The position numbers and the translations under genes were made by a program. Of a stretch of DNA of 64,000 nucleotides, positions 56,600 to 64,000 are shown one piece after another; the stretch's first letter is position 1; the number at the start of each line of letters is the position of its first letter. This DNA comes from a virus (lineage: Duplodnaviria > Caudoviricetes), in the IMG/VR virus record IMGVR_UViG_3300021255_002694. One strand, 5' to 3'. The notes under the pieces are model-generated. The model saw only the letters and a program-made list of their open reading frames with translations. It was not told where the DNA came from and did not search any database.

Positions 56600-57610
56600 A
56601 TGAGTAACGATATTAAACATGATGATAAGTGCTGTGAAACATGCCTAAATAGAGCATCTTTTTCTAATGGTAAGCAAATGTGCTGTAAAGATTGCTATGA
56701 AGATTTAAGAACATATGACATTCCAAAAGAACTTCCAGATGAACATGTATGTGATAAGTATTCTCCTGACATTGCAAATAATCCAAATCTTAGAGAACCT
56801 AAACCAGACACAGAGATTTCAGGATTCATGAGTATTTTTCATGAAATAGAAAATACAGATGATATTCCATGTAAAGACGGATGCACTTGTCATGAATGCG
56901 ATTATTTTACTAAAGAAGATAATAGATTTATGATTGACGGAGTGTGCGGTTACTACGGAATTTATCTATATGATTTCGCAAAGAACTCTGCTTGTCAGCA
57001 CTTCAAACAAAATTGTTGTGATGATAACAGTAGTGATGATACAAACAGCACAGCAGAGCCTTATGATTCCTATTTCAAATCATTTGAGGCTATAAATTCT
57101 GATAGAACAGACGAAGAACTTGCAGATCATTATGATAGCATTGATGCAATGTTTAAGAAAGATGTTAAATTAGATAATCCTGATTATAGTGAAGCATGTC
57201 AGCACTATGTTGGGAGAGATAAGGTGCATGAGGAAAAGCATTTTTGTTCTGAGTGTATTTTCTGTGCAGGGATAGAACCTGATGAAAATGATCAAAAAAC
57301 AATGTATTGGGCTTATACGTGGAAGTGTCTTAAAACAAATCTAACACTTCATAGTCCAGACGAATGTGAAGTCTGTGATAAGTTTGTTTCAAAAGAAGAT
57401 GCTGAATACAATAATTACTTGAAAGCAATCGAGAAACCTCCGCTTGGTATTAAGCCACCATATGTTTTTGCATCCGAAAGAATTTCAGATATCTGTGAAG
57501 CAATTTTAAGACTGAATAAAGAGTCAGTTGTTGCTGATACAGATACTATTAGATCATATGCATCTGAACTCTGCGCAATTAGTGATTATCTTGATGCATG
57601 TTTGAGGTGA
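56600..57610 (+). CDS. Cys-rich multi-Zn-finger hypothetical protein
   Basis: Several CxxC clusters; C-terminal KPPLGIKP...ER...AI.R motif. Confidence 0.55.
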   Translation: MSNDIKHDDKCCETCLNRASFSNGKQMCCKDCYEDLRTYDIPKELPDEHVCDKYSPDIANNPNLREPKPDTEISGFMSIFHEIENTDDIPCKDGCTCHECDYFTKEDNRFMIDGVCGYYGIYLYDFAKNSACQHFKQNCCDDNSSDDTNSTAEPYDSYFKSFEAINSDRTDEELADHYDSIDAMFKKDVKLDNPDYSEACQHYVGRDKVHEEKHFCSECIFCAGIEPDENDQKTMYWAYTWKCLKTNLTLHSPDECEVCDKFVSKEDAEYNNYLKAIEKPPLGIKPPYVFASERISDICEAILRLNKESVVADTDTIRSYASELCAISDYLDACLR

Positions 57611-57620
57611 GGTGTTTTAC

Positions 57621-58352
57621 ATGTTATATGATGAAGAAGATTACGGTTTCTTTAATGATGATTCAGAACTTTATGAACTTGATAAGTTAATTTATGATTT
57701 CAAGCAGTCATTAAAGGAATCTGTTAAGGATGAAATTAAAGAAAAAATTAAGTCGCTAGAAAACGAACTTGCTGAATTAAAAGAGTTTAGAGACATGAAA
57801 GATAGTTATGATCGTGATATGCAAGAACTAAAGTTTCAACTTGATCAAACGAAAAAGTCTATCGAAGAACGTGCGGCACGTATGCGTATATCTGATGTGC
57901 TACTAACATTGAAAAAGGAAACATGGGTTCCAGACTGCAAGTGGAAATATATAAAGAAGAAGTGTGATAAGTGTGATGATAGCAGAACGCTTCGATTCAA
58001 GTCTCCACTTGGAAAAGAACTTAGCGAGAGATGTTCGTGTTCTGTTCAGATTCCGGTGCATTTTCCGGCTCAAGCATTTTTAATTGAAATTGACAATGAT
58101 GATTTTTACAAGAATATGCAGTCTGAACTTCCAAGCACAAAACTTAGTTACATCTCTGTTTTTGACATTGATCATGATTCAGATGGAAATTACCGTTTTA
58201 AGCATTGCACTCTGTATAACGGTGAGGATTTTAGTAAGTTGCCATCATCAAGCATATACTTTAGAGATCGTGAAGATTGTGAACGATACTGCAAGTGGCT
58301 TAACGATAAGTACATCAGAGAGAATAAAATTGAGGTTGAGGTGGAATTATGA
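57621..58352 (+). CDS. Coiled-coil/Zn-finger hypothetical protein
   Basis: CDKC...CSC and YFRDREDCERYC, similar to 18858. Confidence 0.55.
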   Translation: MLYDEEDYGFFNDDSELYELDKLIYDFKQSLKESVKDEIKEKIKSLENELAELKEFRDMKDSYDRDMQELKFQLDQTKKSIEERAARMRISDVLLTLKKETWVPDCKWKYIKKKCDKCDDSRTLRFKSPLGKELSERCSCSVQIPVHFPAQAFLIEIDNDDFYKNMQSELPSTKLSYISVFDIDHDSDGNYRFKHCTLYNGEDFSKLPSSSIYFRDREDCERYCKWLNDKYIRENKIEVEVEL

Positions 58353-59557
58353 AAGGAACTATCATATTTGTATCAAATGAAACTAAACTAGAGAATTTGA
58401 ATGATGGTGTGTTGAAAGCTGTTGAAACATATTCTGGTAAGTGTGCCGGAATATGTTACATGAAAGATGAGTATTTTGGCACAAATGTTTCAGACGATAA
58501 AAAGGCATATAACCGATTTGTGTCAGTGTCTCCGACAGGACATCACAGTATTTCAGATCACAGTTTCGTTACAGTTTTATTTGAGAGAATACCAAAAATT
58601 ACCGCAATGCTCTTAAATAGTCTCGGATTTTATAACACATCTGAGAAAAGCGGCAGATATACTGTCATGAAAAGCGAAGGATATGAACGAAATTATATCT
58701 TGTATGGCGCATGGAGAGGTATTTTTTCAAACTTGATTAAAGAGAATTATCCTGATCTTGATGATAAACTCGTTGAAAAACTTTCACTTGAAAATGCAAG
58801 ATATATGCTAAGTGTATTTGCACCGAGTACCACTATGGCATACACAACTTCAATTAGAATGTGGAGTTATATTAGAACTGAGTGTGAAAGATACATTGAG
58901 TTGTGCAGTAATACACTAAATGATACACCATTCAATGAACAGTTGTTAAAGTGCGTTAAAGACCTACATGCAATACTTGATGATATGCATTTGTACTCTG
59001 ATTCCATTATTGAAAATAAGGGTAGAGAGTTTAATTTCCTTGCAAAGCAAACGTCATTTAATATTTGGGAAGCTGATGAATCATATTCAGAAGCATACCT
59101 TATCAGATATAAAGAATCATTTGGCGCACTTGCACAGGAACAGAGACATAGAACAATTCAATATTTCATGTGTTTTGACGGCTCTGGAACAATTAAATAC
59201 TATGTTCCTAAGATTTTGCGTGATACGACATATGAAAAAGAATGGATTTCTGATCTACATAGTGTTGGAGAATCTTTCCCAATCGCAACACTTGTTGATG
59301 TTGTTGAAACAGGTCTTATTACAGATTTCATGTATAAGTGTGATGAAAGACTTTGCGGCAGAGTACAGCTTGAAACAATGGATAATGTCAGAACCAATCT
59401 ATTGAAATTTGCTAGAAGTTGGCATAAGTCTCCGTTCTTCACAAACCAAATTCAGAAACATTTTAGAGATGGAAAAATTGTGATGAAGTGCGGAAATATT
59501 AAATGTCAAGAACCTTGTGTATGGGGCGCAATTAAGGCGCAAGAACGACTTATTTGA
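58349..59557 (+). CDS. thyX: Flavin-dependent thymidylate synthase (tandem ThyX fold)
   Basis: GHHSISDH, SEKSGRY, ENARY, second-half QEQRHR. Confidence 0.8.
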   Translation: MKGTIIFVSNETKLENLNDGVLKAVETYSGKCAGICYMKDEYFGTNVSDDKKAYNRFVSVSPTGHHSISDHSFVTVLFERIPKITAMLLNSLGFYNTSEKSGRYTVMKSEGYERNYILYGAWRGIFSNLIKENYPDLDDKLVEKLSLENARYMLSVFAPSTTMAYTTSIRMWSYIRTECERYIELCSNTLNDTPFNEQLLKCVKDLHAILDDMHLYSDSIIENKGREFNFLAKQTSFNIWEADESYSEAYLIRYKESFGALAQEQRHRTIQYFMCFDGSGTIKYYVPKILRDTTYEKEWISDLHSVGESFPIATLVDVVETGLITDFMYKCDERLCGRVQLETMDNVRTNLLKFARSWHKSPFFTNQIQKHFRDGKIVMKCGNIKCQEPCVWGAIKAQERLI

Positions 59558-59589
59558 TAATAATACACAAAAATATAACATAAAATATG

Positions 59590-59625
59590 TAAGACCTCAC
59601 AAATTAAGCGTGAGGTCTTATTTTT
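59590..59625 (+). terminator. Rho-independent terminator
   Basis: TAAGACCTCAC/GTGAGGTCTTA plus T-run. Confidence 0.8.
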
Positions 59626-59638
59626 ATTCCGAAACATA

Positions 59639-59667
59639 TTGACTTTATAATTTATTTATGATATACT
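59639..59667 (+). promoter_or_regulatory. SigA-type promoter
   Basis: TTGACT-17-TATACT with TG. Confidence 0.7.
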
Positions 59668-59718
59668 ATGAATAGGAACTTTTATTTTCGGCACTTACTA
59701 TTTGAGGTAATTGTTTAT

Positions 59719-60159
59719 ATGAAAGATTTTTTCAAGACTTTGTGGAATACTGATGCTGGTAAAGCATTTCGCAAATATCATGACTATAGATACAAACAGC
59801 CAGATCATTATATAGAATGCCCATATTGCGGAATTAGTCAGGATGTCAGAAGAGTTTTTTCAGAAGATGGATCGACCTTCGATGAGATTGTATTTCCAAC
59901 AATGCTTGTTGGTAATGTAATATTCTACATATCGAATATTGACAAATACGCTATGTGGTGCAAATGCTTAAACAGCGAGTGCAATGCTCATTTTTATATA
60001 GTATATGACAATGGCTGTTTATATCTTGTCGATTCGAGTGATGTTAATTATCATTTTCTGTATACATCTCAAAACGGATTCTTTATAAAAGTAAAGGATA
60101 GGTGTTTGTTAGAGGGCATATCAAATGGACGTAAATATCGAAATGGAGAGATAGAATGA
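59719..60159 (+). CDS. Zn-ribbon hypothetical protein
   Basis: CPYCG...C....C; GAGGT RBS. Confidence 0.5.
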   Translation: MKDFFKTLWNTDAGKAFRKYHDYRYKQPDHYIECPYCGISQDVRRVFSEDGSTFDEIVFPTMLVGNVIFYISNIDKYAMWCKCLNSECNAHFYIVYDNGCLYLVDSSDVNYHFLYTSQNGFFIKVKDRCLLEGISNGRKYRNGEIE

Positions 60160-60254
60160 AATTAGACATTCTAAGCAATCAAAAGTAATATGTTTGTCAT
60201 AGATACAGACTAGATATAATCTAGGAATAAGATTGTTAAGTTTGGGGTTAAATA

Positions 60255-60845
60255 ATGATGAAAGCAAAGGAAAAATTCGTTGAACTAGATTCAATGTATT
60301 TAGGTCTTATTGCATATATTAAAAAAGTATCAAATGCTTATATAAATAGATTTGGCAACAATTCAATAGCTGTTTATTCTGTAAAAGACCTAACCGATAA
60401 TTGCTCTAGTTTCAATATAATGAATTTTTGGAAATACGGAACAAAAATTAAAAAGTGTGATTCTCCGCCGCAGTATTTATTTGATTATATGAAGGAATAT
60501 AATATCCCAGATATAAATGATGTTATTTCATTTCTAAAAGAACATGATCCTAAATCATTATATAATCCATATTGTTTCAGTTGTAAGTATTTTGATATAT
60601 ACCCAAAAGTAAAATATAATAATAAATCGGTTCTATGCTTTTATCCCTCTTTTGTTGACGGAACAAGATTTAGTTGGACACCGCTAGGAAGCATTGTGAA
60701 AGATATGTTCGAGGAAGATAAATTAGACATTCAGTTAGAAGATGCTTATGCATTAAAAAGAGATGGGAAACTTTTACAGATTCAGGATAACATTTCTATG
60801 CTTTATGAAATGGAAAATTTGAGAGAAAGGATAGAGAGTATTTAA
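60255..60845 (+). CDS. Hypothetical protein
   Basis: 196-aa ORF with GGGG RBS. Confidence 0.5.
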   Translation: MMKAKEKFVELDSMYLGLIAYIKKVSNAYINRFGNNSIAVYSVKDLTDNCSSFNIMNFWKYGTKIKKCDSPPQYLFDYMKEYNIPDINDVISFLKEHDPKSLYNPYCFSCKYFDIYPKVKYNNKSVLCFYPSFVDGTRFSWTPLGSIVKDMFEEDKLDIQLEDAYALKRDGKLLQIQDNISMLYEMENLRERIESI

Positions 60846-60978
60846 AAATGATTAAGTTGACATATGAGGGACTATCAATAGAAAATGATAAAGTTGTATA
60901 CAATACAGATGCAGATAGTCCTAATGACGTAATGTGAAATTTATATTTTTACTCTTATTGGTAAGGAGTGAGTTTGAA

Positions 60979-61497
60979 GTGGTAACTCTGTCAGAAGCAT
61001 TTAGAGACTACATGAACAGTGGTAGACAAATTATAGGCGGCGGAGTAAATATGTTTGGAGAAGAATATATAATGAGAAGAGGTACACCAGATACCCACAA
61101 AAGAATCAAAGAATATTTTGATAATAAAACAGGAGATGATAATATGTTTGGAGAAGAGTATGCAAACGGAATCCCGGTTACAGACAACGAAAAATTGAAT
61201 GATTTTCTGAAAGGAAAAGTAAAAGGAATTATCAATGCACCTATTTATGATAGAGAGTATTTCAAAGTAGGCGACGTAGTAAGAGTAACACCATCAGAAA
61301 AACTGCAATATAAAGTCAGCGGTTGGCAGTCAAGACCAGCTACACCATTCAATGCGATCATTATTGATGTTATTCCGGAAAAACTGATGATCGTTTATTA
61401 CTCACCAAGTACAAGAAAACTCTGCGGAAGATATGCGATTCCGGCAGAGTGGGTAAATGATGGTTTCATTAAAATTGATAAGATAATGGAGGCATGA
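60979..61497 (+). CDS. Hypothetical protein
   Basis: GTG after AAGGAG; internal duplicated NMFGEEY. Confidence 0.45.
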   Translation: MVTLSEAFRDYMNSGRQIIGGGVNMFGEEYIMRRGTPDTHKRIKEYFDNKTGDDNMFGEEYANGIPVTDNEKLNDFLKGKVKGIINAPIYDREYFKVGDVVRVTPSEKLQYKVSGWQSRPATPFNAIIIDVIPEKLMIVYYSPSTRKLCGRYAIPAEWVNDGFIKIDKIMEA

Positions 61498-62612
61498 CAA
61501 TGTTTAGATTTCCAAATCTGGAAAATAGTTTTGATAGTCAGCTTGACTTTATGTGTGATTGTGCGAATCGAGATGTGAATATATCAATTCTATCTGAGAT
61601 TTTGTCTGCAAAGACAGGAAATGATTATAGTTTTCTTTCAGAGAATGAACACCTTGGAGACATGATTTGTTTGATCGGTCTTGGTGGTTCTCATGCATAT
61701 GGAACTAATGTACCTGAATCTGATCTTGATATTAGAGGTATTGCTGTAAATCATCCGTATGATCTGCTTACAAATAATAATTTTGAACAAGTGTGTGATT
61801 CAACAACAGATACAACAATTTATTCTTTTAATAAGATGATTTCTTTGCTTTCTCAATGCAATCCAAATACGATTGAGATTCTTGGATTGAAACCAGATCA
61901 TTATTTGTATTTAGATGAGATTGGTCAAAAACTGCTTGATAATAAACACCTGTTTGTATCTAAAAAGTGTATCAATACTTTCGGCGGATATGCTTATGCA
62001 CAGCTTCGCAGACTTGATAATAAAGCAGCAAGAACTGTTGAACAGGATCGACAGGAAAGACATATTCTACATAGTATTGAAACAGCATCTACAACATTTC
62101 CTGAAAAGTATTTTTATTATGACGAAGATCAAATTAAATTGTATGTAGACGATTCAGATAGAGAAGACATGGATTCTGAAATCTATATGGATATCTGTCT
62201 AAAACATTACCCTCTACGCGATTGGAAAGGCATGTGGTCTGAGATGCATAATATTGTCAAAGATTATGCAAAACTTGGGCATCGGAATAAAAATGCGATT
62301 GCAAGAGGCAAACTTAGCAAACATATGATGCATCTAATACGCCTTTATGCAATGTGTATTGATATGCTTGAAACAGGAGAAATTATAACATTCCGCGAAA
62401 AAGATCATGATTTACTTATGAGCATTAGAAACGGAAAGTATCTTGATGAAAATGATCAGCCGACAAAAGAATTTGAAGAACTTGTAACAGAGTATCAGCA
62501 TAAAATGGACGAAGCTGCTGAAAATACAAAACTACCAGATAAACCTGATTACAAAGCTATTGCAAGACTTCAATATGATATCAACAAAGAAATTGTTGAA
62601 AAGTACGGATGA
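61494..62612 (+). CDS. Pol-beta-superfamily nucleotidyltransferase (RlaP-like)
   Basis: GGSHAYGTN..ESDLDIRG, NPNTIE, KHMMHLIRL, IRNGKY, LPDKPD. Confidence 0.85.
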   Translation: MTMFRFPNLENSFDSQLDFMCDCANRDVNISILSEILSAKTGNDYSFLSENEHLGDMICLIGLGGSHAYGTNVPESDLDIRGIAVNHPYDLLTNNNFEQVCDSTTDTTIYSFNKMISLLSQCNPNTIEILGLKPDHYLYLDEIGQKLLDNKHLFVSKKCINTFGGYAYAQLRRLDNKAARTVEQDRQERHILHSIETASTTFPEKYFYYDEDQIKLYVDDSDREDMDSEIYMDICLKHYPLRDWKGMWSEMHNIVKDYAKLGHRNKNAIARGKLSKHMMHLIRLYAMCIDMLETGEIITFREKDHDLLMSIRNGKYLDENDQPTKEFEELVTEYQHKMDEAAENTKLPDKPDYKAIARLQYDINKEIVEKYG

Positions 62613-62630
62613 CATGAGAGGTATTGAAAA

Positions 62631-63686
62631 ATGGATTGCAGTTGGATTGTTCCTGATAAAATAACTATTGTTGAATCACATAACAATAGATTATACATAG
62701 ATGATGAATCAAGTATTCCTAAAGCATATGTTGTTTTTGGTGACAATAAAAAATCACTTGAAAATGCTCATTGGTGGGCTGGTGATGATGCAGTAGATCG
62801 AGAAATATCTGGCGATACAGAATTTACATTTGAGATTTTAGAGTGTGCAGGACATAGTTCGCAAGGCGGAAAACTCTCTTTCTGGAACTGCCGAATCAAA
62901 AATACAGAAGAAAACATTGATGTTTCTATAGGCGTAAACTCTGAAATACTTTGTATGCTTCTAAAGGAAACGACATTTATAGATGGTTTTTGTCGAGGAA
63001 ATGTAATACTTGCGAAATATAACGGTCAGCTTGGCGTTGTTTGTAAGGGAACTGAATCCTATAATGATGCTATTCAATCACAGAGAAACAAAAATGATCT
63101 TAAAATTGGAAAGACAACAAAGTGGGAAAAAGGTTTTGCATACAGAACACAAAATACATCTGATGTGTGGATAGGGGATGCCTATAAACCACTTATAATT
63201 AGTTCAGATTATTTTACTAAAATAACATATGATCTAAGAAATATAGGTAATAAATTTCATGTTATAATGGAATCATCTTGTATAAGCAGTAATCAAGATG
63301 AGGTAGATGTGGATAATTGGGTTTGGCAATGTCGCACAAAGTTTGTAAAATCTTTTCCATCAAGGCAAAAAGATGATACTATTCATTTTTCAGAACCGCA
63401 AACCGATAAACTACTTTGTGACGGTATTAAGTCTGGTGTAGAAAAAGCCCTTCATGACGGTTACTCCGAGTATATTGTGGACTGTTTAATCTCTATTGAC
63501 ATGAAAATAACAGATGAAATGATGTCAAATTTTCATAAAGCATTCAATAAGATGTTAGAGCGATACAATGAACTTTATTTCCGTAAACACATTGTAATCT
63601 GCAATGATGGTGAACATGTTTTTTCTGATCCTAATAGTGCCTATGATTTTATTGAGCAGACACTTAATGAATTTAGAAAAATTTGA
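62631..63686 (+). CDS. Hypothetical protein
   Basis: 351-aa ORF with GAGGT RBS. Confidence 0.55.
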   Translation: MDCSWIVPDKITIVESHNNRLYIDDESSIPKAYVVFGDNKKSLENAHWWAGDDAVDREISGDTEFTFEILECAGHSSQGGKLSFWNCRIKNTEENIDVSIGVNSEILCMLLKETTFIDGFCRGNVILAKYNGQLGVVCKGTESYNDAIQSQRNKNDLKIGKTTKWEKGFAYRTQNTSDVWIGDAYKPLIISSDYFTKITYDLRNIGNKFHVIMESSCISSNQDEVDVDNWVWQCRTKFVKSFPSRQKDDTIHFSEPQTDKLLCDGIKSGVEKALHDGYSEYIVDCLISIDMKITDEMMSNFHKAFNKMLERYNELYFRKHIVICNDGEHVFSDPNSAYDFIEQTLNEFRKI

Positions 63687-63709
63687 ATAACTTGTGATGA
63701 TGTGATAAT

Positions 63710-63889
63710 ATGACAAATGCAGATAGAATAAGATCAATGGATAGTGAGCAACTTGCTGATTTTCTTAAAAATTATCACATGGAAGATATTTGCGTTCTAT
63801 TTTGTGATAAAGCAGATGATTGTACTAACTATAGTGATTCATGTGTAGATGTTGTACTTTCGTGGCTTGAATCCGAATATAAAGGCTAA
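63710..63889 (+). CDS. Small hypothetical protein (59 aa, below ORF-track cutoff)
   Basis: MTNADRIRSMDSEQLADFL...C...WLESE, a common Firmicute phage motif. Confidence 0.6.
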   Translation: MTNADRIRSMDSEQLADFLKNYHMEDICVLFCDKADDCTNYSDSCVDVVLSWLESEYKG

Positions 63890-64000
63890 TGCTTGAACCG
63901 TAATTAGTGTGATGCGATAAATATAATAACATTATACACAAATAAACAACAAGAATATAGTAAATTTATTTTATCTCATATTCAAAAAATAACCAATAAC

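Overview
This window is part of a large, AT-rich dsDNA bacteriophage genome. The host is probably a Firmicute (Clostridia-like), judged from SigA-type TTGACA-N17-TATACT promoters, GAGGTG/GAAAGGA ribosome-binding sites and RecU. All credible genes are on the + strand. Layout: (1-13 kb) replication and recombination genes: primase C-terminus, SSB, a family-A DNA polymerase interrupted by both an intein and a group I intron carrying a GIY-YIG endonuclease, beta-type sliding clamp, Cas4-like nuclease, RecU, RecA, UvrD with a mini-intein, and an HD hydrolase. (14.8-18.8 kb) an array of 15 near-canonical tRNAs interleaved with many unexplained structured RNAs. (20-24 kb) two paralogous adhesin-like proteins. 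(24-29 kb) a three-subunit bacterial-type clamp loader and candidate transcription factors. (33-36 kb) PhoH and a Clp ATPase. (37-39 and 49-54 kb) acidic proteins with basic-[IL]xE-S motifs behind a distinct ACTATA-hairpin leader. (39.4-49.1 kb) a Lar-like gene followed by ten tandem DNA methyltransferases. (54-64 kb) nucleotide-metabolism and accessory genes. Top observations: (i) all ten methyltransferases, from three different MTase classes, end in the same C-terminal [K/R]LF tag, which suggests docking on the phage-encoded sliding clamp for replication-coupled methylation; (ii) a four-copy small-RNA motif in the tRNA region with a covarying pseudoknot or triple-helix scaffold, where three copies carry a 5' segment antisense to an RBS+ATG; (iii) several kissing-loop and tRNA-like ornate RNAs. 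All calls come from reading motifs by eye; no database searches or folding programs were run.
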